A stretch of 64,000 bases of DNA from NCBI GenBank assembly GCA_964016885.1, contig OZ024740.1:320850001-320914000 (forward strand), given 5' to 3'. Source of the DNA: Eledone cirrhosa. Taxonomy: Eukaryota. Of this stretch, positions 46,371 to 60,804 are shown one piece after another. Numbering within the stretch: the first letter of the stretch is position 1; the number at the start of each line of letters is the position of its first letter. A program made the position numbers and the translations under genes. A model generated the notes under the pieces. The model worked only from the letters and a program-made list of their open reading frames with translations, was not told where the DNA came from and did no database searches.

Positions 46371-48419
46371 AATCTGTGAGAGGGGATGACCCTGAGCAGT
46401 TACAGAAGCTTAGGAATAGACAGATAGTTCCTGAGTATGAAGAAACCTTGATGGGGTTCGATAAGATTGCATACTTCTCCAAGTGTTTGACCTTTCGTTA
46501 CCATCATCATCATCGTCATTTAAAGTTCATTTTCCCCAGTTAGCAAGAGTTGGATGGGTCAACTGACCATATTACTAATAAAAGACACTGCCTCGAAGTT
46601 TCAAGTCATTTTGAAAATACGAATTTGGAGGGTTTTAATAAGATAGCTAACTTTCTCATTATTAAATTGGTGTTTAGAGTATAACTTAACGCAAGTTCTT
46701 ACACTAAATTATGCTGGAAGGTTTATAGATAGGTATAAACACTTTTAAATAGATAGCTTTGTATCATAGAAGCAAGGCCGATTTAGGTTGTTTGGTATCA
46801 AAAGGGTTAAGATAGGATGACAACGGAACAGTGATAATCTCATGTCACCTCCACTCAGCCACTCTTAACTCACTTGTTTCTCACCAGATAAATGTCTAAC
46901 CCCGCTAAGGCTTTTCACTAACCGTTACATCCAATACTTCTTCCATAGAACGCCAGCCATCTGGAACTCAATCCCTGAATATATTATTCCCGAATGAGGT
47001 AATTTGCATCAATTTAAGCGGAACATTAACAGCATTGACCTTTTCGGTCTGAGAGTGTCTGTGAAAGTCATAGGGACACAACCCACTTTCTATAGACCTC
47101 TCAAACAACAAAAAAGACTAATTTAATAGTATCAATATCAACGAATCACACAAATTTCAGGGGAGATAACCTTTGCCTTTTACAAAGTTCTGTTACTTGA
47201 TTCATATTCTTTGTTTTCGTTGTCGTTGATCTGATATATTGCAAATGATATATATTCGATTAAAATGTTTTCTCATCTATTAACTTTTTTTTTTTTTTAT
47301 ATTGATATCTGTAGATGTAAATATTTAAACATTTGTACTACTGAATAAATATAATTTTGACATTTGAGCACATGAATCTAGAAGCCAAATTATTAACCAT
47401 CTTGCCAACAACAACCCTGAGTACCTTTATGATTTCCATGTGTTTAACACACGTAGGCATACCCACAAAGTCAGAAAACAGCACAGCTCCCAAGACTTTC
47501 GGAAACATTTTTTCCCGCTCAGAGTTGCTGAAGCAGGGAACAAACTAGCTGCATCAGTTATTAGCTGTCGAGACACTGCATCCTTTAAAACCTCCATGCT
47601 TCCTGATATTCGCCAACACTACACCTAATATTCCCCCTCCATACACACGCACACATGTATATCATGATTCATACACTATTCACTTCCCTGACATTTGTAT
47701 ATTATTATATACAAATATTATTATATACAAATGCACCTTACTATACATGCACCTTTGACAAGTTGTAGTGCACCTGAGCACTGTACACAATAATTTCATT
47801 ATTATTATTATTATTATTCCTCTTTGGTGATGCCCTGACTTACTTTTTCAAATTTCATTTGAAAAAGAAAATCAGGGTAGAGAGGGAAGTGCTCTCTTCC
47901 CAGCATTTTGTTGAAAGATGGGTGAGAGAGGTAAGAATGGCCCGAGTGAATGGGACTACTCTGAGTATGTGTCTGTAAATTAAAGGTGGAAAATTGGGAG
48001 AGGGCACTTACCCTGGTGGTCAGGGTCCCTGTGGCTTTTTAATGGGCTTTCTCCACGAATGTCCCTCGGAAGTCTCCCCCCTATTGGGGAATTTTTCATT
48101 GATATTTTTTTGTTACATCCTCTATTTTTGCTTTTTACACTTAGAAATGCCCATTTGTACCGTCCTGTACTGTCCTTAATGTCTACTTTATGTAAACCCT
48201 TGTGGTTAATAATGAAAGCATTATTATTATTAATAATAAAGAAATCATTATTATTTAAAATACTCATAGGTCAAGTAACTATTTTATTAAGTTTTAAATA
48301 TATACATAAATAATATTACAAATTGCTCACAATTCATTTAGAATGAAAATTTAAAGACAGGTATAAACATATATAACAAATACAATTAACTATTGCTAGG
48401 AACCTCGCAAATACAACAC

Positions 48420-48875
48420 ACTAAAATATACGGTCAAAGCGAGAGATAGTAAAAACCAAAAAAAAGGAAACACGACCATCAATTCACCACCAAGTGTACA
48501 ATCGGTCGCACATTACAAGGGTCAACGGAATATTTTGAGGCAAGCCCATACGCTGGCAGGATTACCATGGGTGATGGCGAGGCAAAGTCACTGAAACAGC
48601 CAGGCACCCTCACGGCAACACCTGGCACCTCAGTAAGGCGAGCCGTCATTGATGATAAGAACTTCGCTCTCAGTGGCCCTACTCCACCAAAAGTCTCAAA
48701 CGTCACAGGCTGGAACAAATTATGTACTGGAAAAATCCAGGTATTTACGAATTTTATTCCGTTCGGCAACGGAAGCAGTGGCCCCAACATTTACCGCGAC
48801 ATCCATGATGTGGGAGGGAGCAAAATAATCCCTGACTGTGGCGTCCCAGATGAGACACCTGCCTCTTACCCAGGA
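48420..48875 (-). mobile_element. degenerate CRE-clade 3' fragment
   Basis: FQPVTFETFGGVGP..AKFLSS..ARL. Confidence 0.65.
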
Positions 48876-50144
48876 ACATCGGTTATGTGTTGAAAGCTGT
48901 TACTGGCAAACCTATCTGTCAAGAATTATTGCCATCTTCTCAATACTAAAGCTCATACTAGAGGCCACTATTGTTCTTTTGTGGCTTTGCAATTGGATCG
49001 AGATTCTCTTTCTGACTTAGTGCTCTATGTAAGTTTTAAGTACATGCAACATCCTATTCCATGTTAAACTTCAATAGATATTAAGTGTTACAAATCTTTA
49101 CATCATTGTTGGTTAGAACATGTATAATGTGTTACATACGTTTACACTATTGTCTGTTAGGATGGACATACCATGTTACTCACTTTTACGCCATTATGGG
49201 GTAGGATAGACATATGTATATATGGACCCGTAACTCCTCAGTGAATCGTAAGGGCGCCTTATTGATACGGCGTTACTAGGATATTTTTTTAAAAGCTGAT
49301 GGAGCCCATTTCTTCTCTAGGTCTGAATACAGTAAATTTCTTCCAGAGAAGGATAGAGAGTGAGAAAGAGATATAGAGGAAGAACAGACCCAGTACTAGA
49401 CTGGTACTGTTTTATCGATCCCTAATGGATGAAAGGCAAAGTTGACCTCGGAATATGTTACACACTTCTACACCATTGTTGCTTATGATAACCATAATGT
49501 GATACCCACTTTTACACCATTATTGATAAGGAGATACCTAACCTGTTATACATGTTAATATTATTGTCGTATTTTGGAGTGCCTTCTCATCCACAGTTCC
49601 TTGCAGTTGTTGACTAGTTATGAATTAAATCTATTTGACCAGTCTGGGTGGTCAAGGCCACTTAACGTATTAAAAAGAAAAACAAATAACGTTAACAGAG
49701 GTAACAACATTACCAGATATAATATGCTATTTAATGGAATCTCAACGATCATTTGAGTGCAAATCAGCTGATAAGTTAAATATCTCAGTTATATCACTAC
49801 AGTTTTCAGGAATTTATCTCAGTTATATCTGTGAAAACTATTTGAGATCTTATTTGTCCAAATTTGTTATTTCACTATATAAACCGGTTTTATATTCTCA
49901 ATTTATACATTTGTTATATCAAATTGTCACTAAAATTCACAAAGTTCACTTGTTTAGTTTCAGGTCAATCATTATAAAACCGACATTCCATCTCTGCTGA
50001 GGCGTAACTAGGGAAAATAGCTCCTATGGTAAGCAGTGAAATTACGTTCTTGGCCAAACATCTGGCACCCATCTTTCAGTTTAATGATCCAGTCACCACA
50101 GTGCTTCTCACTCATGAAAATCAAAGACAGATCATACAGATCAG

Positions 50145-50472
50145 CATGTTGTTTACAGTTAAAGGTTGTGAGGTGTATAAATAATCTTTCAGTATGTTGT
50201 TTACTGTGAAAGGTTGTGAGGTGTCTAAATCTTCTCTCAGTATGTTGTTAACTGTGAGAGGTCTAAATGTTCTCTCTCTAAGTTGTTTACTATGAAAGAT
50301 TGGGAGATGTATAAATAATCTCTTGGTATGCTGTTTACCATGAATGGTTGTGAGGTGTGTAAATATTCTCTCTATGTTGTTTACCGTTAATAGTTGTGAG
50401 GTGTGTAAATGTCCTCTCAGTATGTTGTTTACTGTGGAAGGTTGTGAGGTGTGTAAATCTTCTCTTGGTATA
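50145..50472. repeat. 48-bp unit minisatellite, ~7 copies
   Basis: Unit approximately tatgttgtttactgtgaaaggttgtgaggtgtgtaaatcttctctcag. Confidence 0.88.
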
Positions 50473-50782
50473 CTTTACTTATAAAAACGTCAACTCCACA
50501 TTTGACTAGTAAACCCAGAGATCAGCAACTTTTATTATTTTTTTTTATAATCACTAATTTTAGCCTTTTTAGATTCATCCATGGCTCATGTGGATATTAT
50601 ATCATAGCTTACATATAAAAATTTGAAAAGATCCGAGAGTCATAGAACAATTAGAAGGCCCATCTTGTAACTAACCTCAGTAGATATTAGTCTGTGAAAT
50701 CGGTTGCTCTAAGAAACTAACCCTCTTGCTGATACTAACATGAAGAAAAAAAGAACATTAATTTAATCAACAGGTGACCTTG

Positions 50783-50819
<37 letters not shown>

Positions 50820-51416
50820 TTAATGTTAATTTTCCACACTTGCACAAGTTAGACAGGTTGTCTTGTTATGAAACGAATCAGGTCAAGTTACCATGTTTTG
50901 CAAATAAGGATTTGTATTTCTGGCTTAATTTCTATGGCTGGGTGCTCTTCATAACACCAACCACATTACAGGTTGGACTGGGTGCGTTTTTCTTATGTCA
51001 CCAGTACAACCACCTAACAGGTTAGACTGGGTGCAACTACTATATAACAGAGTAAACTAAATAAAAATGAGGCTTTTGTAGCCACCCCACTCAAAAATAA
51101 ATTTAGTAGTTTAACTGAAAATGTTTGTGCTAGCCCTTACTTATAGTCATGAATCTTAGGTAATTACCAAAAGAATACGATCACGAATACAAGTGGCCAA
51201 AATGGGATTCCTGCGAAGGGTCTTTGGAGAAACGTTACTCAATAAAGTGCGTAGCTCAGAGATCAGAGAATTGCTCCAGGTAGAGCCGCTATTCTCTGAA
51301 TTAAGAGATCACAGCTCCAATACTATGGGTATGTGGTTATAATGTCTCAGGAAAGAATCACTGGACAGATTTTACAGGCAAAACCAGCCGGTAGGAGACC
51401 CAGGGATAGAAATAAA

Positions 51417-52045
51417 AAACAAGGGAAGCTATAAAGCAGCTAGAAGTTTCTGAAGTTGAATCTTTTCGTAACCTCTATGTACTCAATGATATTGTTTATA
51501 CTTAGATCTTTTACAATATATTGTATCTCCAATCTTGGTAGCTTTTTTTAATGTTCATCTTCAAGATGTTCTCTCTCTCAGATTGGTAGGGGACAGAACT
51601 TTGAAATTATGTTCAAAATATTTAGTAGATATCACAATGATCTTAAGATTGAATGTGTTTTTGTTTTCTAATATAAATTAATCTAATATGCTGTGATTCT
51701 TCTGAAATTACTAAATATTTTCAGATTAACTCTAAATTATAATTCAAAAATCTATTAGTTTAAAAAAATGAACTTTGTAACTTTTATCTATTACACACAC
51801 ATATATATATATATATATACACACACTCATGTATATATATACACGCACACACATATATGAAAGCGTGGAAAAATGGACATAAAAACGATGATGATGATCC
51901 AGTGTAGAAACTACCAGTCTAAGAGAGAACATCTTGAAGCTGATCATTAAAAAAAAATACCAAGATTGGAGATACAATATATTGTAAAAGATATACCAAC
52001 TACATGGAGGTTACGAAAAGCTGCTTTACAGCTTCCCCTGTTTTC
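51417..52045. repeat. foldback / MITE-like inverted repeat (~125-160-bp arms)
   Basis: 51417-51578 is the reverse complement, with indels, of 51921-52045. Confidence 0.7.
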
Positions 52046-52429
52046 CATTTTTTTATGCCTATTTTGCCTCCCATTGGCCTTCCCTATTAACATTTTTTTT
52101 AAATTTTTATATTCACCCATCTCTGTCTTTCTTGTTTTTGTTTCTCAACTGTATTAGATACTTCTGCTAATCTGACATGACTTACTAGCTCTATATAGAC
52201 ATTTAAATTTATTAAATAAATAAATGAAATACACACACATTATATTCAATGAAATTCTATTATGACGAAATTTACAGGGTATAAAAAAATTTGTTGTAAT
52301 GAAAAATTCTTTATAATGAGATCAACCTAACACATTGAGCGTGTGGCTGGGGATTGAAAAAAATGTTGTCATACTGAAAAATTTGTTATAATGGTATTCG
52401 TTATAACAGAATTTTACCTGTATCTATAT

Positions 52430-53680
52430 GCTACTGGTGCCTTAAGAAAACAACACCAAATTTCAGCACTCAGCATATAAAAAAATCGAAATAACTGAAG
52501 CAAGCTTTATCCATTGTTATGTTTTTCTGTTCAAATTCTAGCAGTCTGATGAGGTCATAGCTGTTGCATAATGGTTTCTTTGGAGCATATATAAAGAGTT
52601 TGTGAGGGCTTCCTACTCTGGAACAACCTAGATGTGTCCCATTACACATTCTTGACTGATCACGGTTGCTGAAAAGCATGATGACTGTGCCCTTCTTCAA
52701 TTCAAGGTTGTGGGACGTCATACCAGACAGTTCCAGAAATTCAATGGGATAATGAACAGCTTCATCCTTGTCAACAACTTTGTTGATAGATTTATAGGTT
52801 TGGCTACCTTCAGGGATCATTTGTGAGAGATTTTTGTTGATGGCATTCACTGTTTTGAGGCAATGATTACTCCTTCATACCGCAACTCCCTCATTGGAAT
52901 GGTGGATTTCGAAGTTTGGGAACACTTGATTAATTAAGCTATCAATGCTTTCAACAACTGTACAAAATGATGAAGGATCGAAACATCCTTCAGTATCAAG
53001 GGATATTTTGCCTTGAAGTTACAGAAGCTTTTGAGCAACCTCTGTAAAAATGTTGATACCATGAAGTTGTGCCCGCATGCTGGCTCTTAAATTGAGTTTG
53101 GTGATACATAGCCATAAAGTTGATGATTTTAGGCAAGCTTGAACTTGATTGGTACAAGTTCCCTTTGATATTACAGTTAAAGTTTGTGGTTAGTCCCTTG
53201 TTAAAACAACAGTTATTCCTCTCATGATTGTTGTGCTGTTCCAGATATCTTTCAGTTTCTTTCTAAGGCCTCCTTTGTGTCTTCATTCTCCATAATTGTC
53301 ATACATCTTTGCAATACTTGGGCAGCTCTTGAGTCCTTCTTTATATGGCATATGGACAATTCATTCAAACTGAAGCCCAAGTCCAATTTGAAAGTAGAAT
53401 GAGCTGTCCAACCTCCAAGCAGCAATTCCAAATGAAGCAACTGCTAAAGCTATTTTTGGTCTTGTCAAATTTTAGACAATAGGTTTATCAATAAGGTTTC
53501 ACCAGTTCCATCTGGAGCATCAATAAAAAATAGGCCACTACTCTGTTGTGTAGTTGACTCAAGTATAATGTTATATACTGCTTTTGATCATCTAGTAGTT
53601 TTGGTTGTTAACATAGGAGATGAGGTCTTCTTTGTTGTATGAAGTTTCTTGCACAATTTCCCTCTTTAAGCCATAAAAAT
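52430..53680 (-). mobile_element. highly decayed Helitron PIF1 helicase remnant
   Basis: YKSINKV...AVHYPIEFL...HNLELKKG, CSRVGSP..L.IYAP, LLLGGWTAHSTFKL and FIDAPDGTG. Confidence 0.8.
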
Positions 53681-55976
53681 TAATTCTATCAGTGCAACTA
53701 TAACGGATAGGGTATATTGAGGGGCTTATATACCCTATTCCTTAGAATTGTATTCTGAAATGGACATATAAATTTGTGTATTATTAGTGTTCATGTCGGT
53801 AGTTAATTAAGGATGATGACATATCTGTACATATACAATACATCATGTCCAACCCATGCAAGCATGGAAATGATGATGAATTAACTGAGACTGTGGCTGT
53901 GTATATAAATATACATATTAAGTATATAGACATATAAACATGTCGAATTTACATATTTAACTGTAGATTGAAAAAAAGATGAAATCCAATTTACAGAGAA
54001 ATACATATTTATCATGCTTCCATGTTTATATACTAAATATATATATGCAGTCTGTTACTTCTACTCTCTAAATATACAGATATAACTTTATCATAAACTT
54101 CAGCTGCTTAATACAGAAATTAATATATATATCTTAATCAACTACCACTCGGAGATCAGAGAGTTACTCCAGATAGAGCCGCTACTTCTCCAAATTGAGA
54201 GATCACAGCTCCGATACTATGGGTATCTGGTAAGAATGTCTCAGGAAAGAATCGCTGAACAGGTTTTACAGGCAAAACCAACTGACAGGAGACGCAGAGG
54301 TAGACCTCGAGCAAGAAGGTTGGATAACATTCATGAGCTTGGCTGGTCTCGCTTGGGGATCCAGCCCAATAAGTTGAAGATGGTTGCTTCTGACAGGATC
54401 TACTGGAAGGAGTGTTTGAGGACTCTGCCCCCCATAACTCTCTCAGGAATAAGTGGGCAAAGAAGAAGAACTACCACCATGAGCACTAATAATGTGCATT
54501 GTGTAAATTTACAGTCTGTTACTTCCATTTTATCAGAGTGTATTCTCGGGTCCCAAATAATAGGTGGGAGGGAGTTGGAAAATCAGAAATCTTTCTAGGT
54601 TGTCTCAGTTGAATTTCTAGGTTGTCTCATTTAATTTACATATTGGGACCCCAAACCCATCCTATTTATTTTATAATGTATGTTATTTCTAGTAATGGGC
54701 ATTTTTTGCCATGTATGTTTTTTAATGTATAAAGAGAATTAATTTTCACAGGAATGCTACCACTTAAAATAAAAATTTGCTGGAAATAGATTAGCAAAAT
54801 TTAATAAGCGAGGGTTGGAAAAAATCTGAAAAATTAATAAACATTGGTGGGGGCTCAACGACTCAAAATTATGCTGTTTATCCTTTTCCAATTTACTGTG
54901 AAATATGTAAATACATGTTTACATGTGTATATACTCAAAGTGTGACATTCCTCCTCCACACATACACATGCATATATCTATGTGTATATTGTGACTTATA
55001 CACTGTTCACTTTCCTGACATTTCTACATATTATTCTATGTACTATACATGCACCTTTTATGAGTTGTAGTGCATCTGAGCACTGTACACAATAATTTTC
55101 ATTATCATCATTATTTTATGACCCTTTTAAACAAAGGCAGCTAATCTAAATGGTAACATTGTTAGCTGAAACAAAAGAATTGGTATTAGTCTGATTGAGG
55201 TTAAAGGTTAGTGTGTGTAAATAATGCGACCACCTGAGAACAAAGGATTAATCTAGGTTTTGCTACAGCAGTATTTGTGGTATATTTTGGCTGCTTAGTG
55301 CACAATTTAATATATACTGAAATTAGCTACCATCACAACCACTAATGATATGCAAATTAGTACCACCATTACCGTGTTGCCAATTCTGTACCGATATGTA
55401 TTTATAGAAATACATGCATACATATATCATTCATTTTTCATTTTACATCCGCTTTTCCCTGCTTGCAAGGGTGGGATGGGAACTGATTCTGGCTTGATTT
55501 TTACAGCTGGATGCCCTTCCTAACACCAACCTCATTTACAGTGAGTGGTGGGTGCTTTTTTTCCGTGGTGCCTACATGTCCACTTTACAGTGTAGGCTGA
55601 GTGCTTTTTTGCCGTGGCACCTCCACGACCACTTTGCAGTGGAATGATAGAGACCCCAGTCCCTATCATCTCATTTCTACAGCTGAGTAAACTGGAGCAA
55701 TGTGAAATAAAGTCTCTTGCGCAAGGAAACAACACATCACCCGGTCTGAGAATTGAACTCACAACCTTTCGATTGCAAGGCCAATGCTCTAACCACTAAA
55801 CCATGTGCCTCCATATATATAGAAATAAATATGTTTATTAATTTTTCAGAGTCCCACCCGCTTTTATTCCACCCCAACACTTATTAAATGTTGCTAATCT
55901 ATCTCTGGCAAAATTTTATTGTTAGTGATTCATATTTATACAGCAGCTAGAGAATCTAATAATTATTTTATTTTAC

Positions 55977-56617
55977 ACTAACTGAGGTACCCGGCTACGC
56001 TCAGGAAAACAGTTAAGAGAAAACGGATAAAAGAGAAAACAACTGTATTGAATGTGTTGTCTGGTATCAGGCGAGGCCGTAATGTGAGTGTGTGTGAGAG
56101 AGATATAAAAAAAAAAAGCAATAATAAAACTTCCTTATTAGGCTGGGGGGAGTAAACTGCCGATTAAATGGTAGCATTGGCTTTGGATTTTAAATATTGT
56201 GAAATAACCATAGTCAGTATGATCTTTTTCAGCGCCAAAGGACATCATCTGAAACACAGCAATATACCACATAACATTGCTTCTGAAGTGTTGCTTTGTT
56301 AGTACGGACTGTAAGTAGTATATGGATTCAAGCTGGAGGGTAGATTAAGTTCAAATATCAATTTTTCTTTGTTCCATAAAATCAAAAACAGTTAAACCTT
56401 CAACTAATACTTTTGTGAGATGTCACTCTCTCTCTCTCTGAATATGTAACACTTTAATTGTATCTCTCTCTGTATAACGGCTTATCTCTCTCTTTCTGCC
56501 TCTCCCTCTGTGTCTCTCTCTCTTTAGATGTGTGTGTGTGTATTTATGTGTGTGTGTGGTTTTCGTCTGATTCAACACACCAACCAATAAATATCTTTCT
56601 TTTATATTATATATAGA
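55977..56617 (-). mobile_element. non-autonomous Helitron-like element
   Basis: Reverse strand has a tctatatataat 5' end, (CA)/(GA) repeats and a gagcgtagccgggtacctcagTTAG|T 3' end; related to about 31995-32420. Confidence 0.6.
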
Positions 56618-56764
56618 TTAAAAAACATTATATATGACAAAAAAAGAACATTACAAGAAATCCCTTATTTATAAATACCCCCCCCCCCCTGCACGCTTAT
56701 AAGAATTTAAGCAAATATCCAACCTTATCCCCTATAAGGGGATAAGGTTGGATAAGGTTGGATA

Positions 56765-57572
56765 TGCCGAGGGTGTCTTGGCATCACTCAGCAAGACCTT
56801 TGTTAGCCGCTCTCCAGCCATCTATTTAAAACTGTATACAGCTATGGTGCGACCACACTTGGAATTCGCATCATCAGTCTGGAACCCCTATCTTGCTTGG
56901 AACATTGACCTCCTGGAAACTGTTCAGAGACGTGCAACCAAGCGCATACCCTCCATCAGACACCTACCATACTCTGAACGCCTTGCTTCCCTGGGCATGG
57001 ATTCATTGAAGCTCCGACGTCTGGCAATGGACTTGGTGAATACCCACAAAGTTTTTAACCATCTCGCCAACTGCAACCCTGAGCGCCTCTTTGATCTCCA
57101 TGTGTCTAACACACGTGGACATGCCTACAAGATAAGAAAACAGCACAGCTCCCATGACTTTCGCAGACATTTTTTCACGCTCAGAGTTGCTGAAGCATGG
57201 AACAAACTGCCTGCGTCAATTGTTAGCTGCCGAAACACTGCATCCTTTAAGACACACATGCTTCCCAAAATACGCCAAAACTACACCTGATGTACCCCTT
57301 CCATACACATGCACACATGTATCATGACTCGTGCACTGTTCATTTTACTGATGTTTGTGCATTGCCCTATGTACTGTACATGCACTTTTTTGATGAGTTG
57401 TGGTGCACCTGGGCACTGTGCACAATATTTCGTTATTGTTATTATATCATGACTCATACACTGTTTATTTTCCTGACATTTGTACATTATTCTATGTACT
57501 ATACATGCACCTTTGATGAGTTGTAGTGCACCTGAGCACTGTACACAATAATTTCATTATATTATATTATAT
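56765..57572 (+). mobile_element. 5'-truncated CR1-like LINE with partly duplicated 3' UTR
   Basis: LYTAMVRPHLEFASSVWNP, QRRATK, TRGH, FFTLRVAEAWNKLP; (att)n tail; UTR segment repeated at ~57320-57440 and ~57447-57570. Confidence 0.9.
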
Positions 57573-58221
57573 AATTTGAGACCCAAGAGTCAAGGCCTAT
57601 GAGAGGTCTTGTATCGCCTTGCAAATTTTCTCTTCTGCTGAGAGTACAAACCGTAGAGACACACATTTCTATATATATTATATTTTTATCAATGTTGCAT
57701 TTGAATGTTGTTTTAGAAATGATTACAGGAGTGGATTAGCAGTGTCGAACAACATGCTTTGTATATATAGTTACGGCCCTTTATGTTCTAAGTTCAAATC
57801 CTCCCGAGGTTAGCTTTGCCTTTTATCCTTACGTAATCAATAAAATAAAATACTAGTAACACACCGGGGTCGATTTAATTGACTTTCCTCTCCCCCAAAA
57901 TTGATGGCCTTGTGCCTAAATCAGAAATCATTATTATTATTATTGAATAACGGCAAGTTTTAGCGGAAGAAAAAATAGAATTAAAATAATGGTTTCAATT
58001 ATAAGGCCAATAATTTTTGGGGAAGGGAAGGTTGATTAAATTGACACCAGAGCATGACTGGTATTTTATGTTATTGCCCCCATAAGGATGAAAGGCAAAG
58101 CTAACCTTGGTGGGATTTGAACTCAGAACGTAAAGGGCTGTAACTCTATGCTGCGAAGCAGGGTGTCCGATGCTCTACCGATACTGTCACTCTAATGAAA
58201 TAAAAATTAGAATATATATGG

Positions 58222-59160
58222 ACTAGTTCCAACAGGGAGTTGGATGAAGCTCTCCAACGATGGAGTGAGTTGGGCTTGTCTGTTCCTGTCAAGGTGGAGG
58301 ACAGACGAAGTCAGAGAGCTTGGGACAGCATACATTTGAGGGCCACCTTTGATTCCCTCTTCGACCAGTCAGATCAGTTTTAAAGGTTACTGGCTGCTAG
58401 TGTGAAATACTCAGGTGACTAGGTTTATGCCTTACACTAACGTTCGTGGCCTACTCAGCTTGGACGAACTTCGTGTCTCCATTGCCCTCAGCTGTATGGG
58501 TCTAAGGTGTCAGTGTGGCAAACTCCCCGACTCCACAGGCCTCCACGGTCTTTCTTGCCACCTGAATGCTGATCGATTCGTGTGTCACACGAAGCTAAAC
58601 TTCATTTTCAAGAGAGCTTTGGCCCGGGCAAACATCCCCTCAATTTTGGAACTGTCTGACGGCCTTACCTTGTGCCCCTGAACGAGAGGCAGGTGCCTTA
58701 TCTGGGACATCATAGTTAGTGACTCTTGCTTCTTCCCACATCTTGGATGCTGCTGTAAAGGCGAGAGCTACAGCTTCCGCAGCTAAATGGAATAAAATCC
58801 TAAAATACCGTGATCTGTCAGCCAACTATATTTTCCAGCCTGTGAAGTTCGAGACACTTGGGGGAGTCGTGCTTCTGTCTGTGAGATTTTTATCTTCATT
58901 GGCAGCTTGCCTAACAAAGGTAACTGGTGGTTTCTCGATAGGGCGCTTGGTTGTTCCATCACTTCAGTCTCGTCATCACCCGGCGTGCTGGCTTGCCTCA
59001 AAAATTATTAGAGACGTTCCCCAGTGCTCCTGTAAGCAGCTCGGTTGTCAACTCCTTTCGCCTGCCTCTTGTTGCATGTGGCCCTACCTGCTTCTGTTTT
59101 TTCTTCTTTTCTCCTCCTTTTCCTCCTTCTTTATTGTTTATTCTTTCCCTTTCCTTTATA
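58222..59160 (+). mobile_element. degenerate CRE-clade 3' fragment
   Basis: CQCGK..DSTGLHGLSC...H..LN.IFKRAL; FQPVKFETLGG. Confidence 0.75.
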
Positions 59161-59165
59161 TAATA

Positions 59166-59802
59166 CTAGCAGAATGGCCCAGCGTTGCTCGGGATTCTAA
59201 ACAGATTGGCATGTTTATCCCTCCTTTCTGAAACAATACCTCGGCCTGGGGATGGTGTTTATATTTTGTGCTTATAAAAAAAATTTGTCGTAGGTTCAAC
59301 CCACGAAAGCCAAGACGATAGGGTTAAGTAAAAAGGCATTCGACAAACCGAACATGTATTTGTTGTGCTATGGTACAATGAAAGCAATAGTTACAGAGCA
59401 GTAATCATGTGAACTGCAGTGGTGGAGAGCATGAAGGAATTTAGTTGGATACTTTTATGGTTACAGGCCCTAACGCAACCCAAATGCTAAACAATGCGGT
59501 CCCCGGGCAAAAATTTGAAATCTTTTTCAGTCAAGAAAATTTGTGAAACATAAGTAATGCATATGCAAAGTTTAAAAAAAATTGGTTGGGTACTTCTCGA
59601 GTTACAGGCCCTAACGCAACCAAAATGCTTTAAAAAATCAGTTTTTCGCCTAATGCGGTCCCTGGGACAAAAAATGAGAAAATATTTTTTGCTCAAAACA
59701 CTCACACGACCATAAGTATTACATGTGTAAAGCTTGAAAAAAATCGGTTGGGTGGTTCTCGAGTTTTAGGGAGACAGACATTCTCTGTTTTACATATGTA
59801 GA
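59166..59802 (-). mobile_element. non-autonomous Helitron (same family as 24283-25155)
   Basis: Shares aatcggttgggt..ttctcgagtt and cctaatgcggtccc repeats; reverse strand ends cccgagcaacgctgggcc...CTAG|T. Confidence 0.8.
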
Positions 59803-60696
59803 TTTGTTTGTGCTTTTATTCTGTAAGCATTGTATTATTATATCGATAAAATAAAGTACCAGTAATGCACTGGATAATTGCTGGCCTTGTGCCTAAAATA
59901 GAAACAATTATTATATATGTTATTTTGTATATTTTAAAACTGAAATATTAGAATATTTAATAATTGTATCTACTTTTGGTACAAGGCTAAGAATTATCCC
60001 AGTGCATTACTAGTACTTTATTTTGTCGACCCCGTAAGGATGAAGGGCAAAGTTAACCTCGGCAGGATTTGAACTCAGAATGACAAGGGTCGTAACTCTA
60101 TGCGTCAAAGAATGGTGTCCGACCCCCTACCGATACTGCCAATAAGAAAAAAAGGAAGTTTTAAATTAAAGGCAGTATTGGGGGAGTAGTGAAAAAGAGG
60201 AAAGCAGTAGACAGATAAAATAGCAGATATATGTAGAGGGAAAGAGAGAGTATGAGGAAGAAATACATGATAGGAGAGGGAGAGGGAATATGAGGAAAAT
60301 ACAGAAAAAGAGGGAGGGGTGGAGAAAGATAGAGAAAGAATGAGGAGAAGGAGTATAGTTAAGCAGAAAGTAGGAGTAAAAGTTCTCAAGAAAAGGACTG
60401 CGACAGGGCAGTGTAATGGGAGTAAGGGCCAACAATGGAGGAAGCTTTCGACGAAGTAGTTAGATATAGCAGAAGAATTTCCATCAAATAACATACCACT
60501 GTATTAAAAGGGGATGGAATGATTTCAAGCCAGGGCACCGCCTTGATATAGTCGATCATATCGATCACAATATTAGTTTTTTTCAAGTTTAGTACTTATT
60601 TAATCGATCATTTTTTGTCGAACCGCAAGATACGAGGCAGATAAACAGTAACCGTGAACACAGACCAGACACGGTCACATGAATACATACATACAT

Positions 60697-60727
<31 letters not shown>

Positions 60728-60804
60728 ACGAAGGAAATGTGGTAAGGAACCAGGTGGACCATAACGCACCAAAGTACTCAATACTTAGGGTAGTAGAGTG
60801 GGTA

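Noticed and set aside
50145-50472. CRISPR-like appearance of spaced repeats (also 30549-30617)
   Set aside because: Units are contiguous and degenerate with no unique spacers or cas genes; eukaryotic context.
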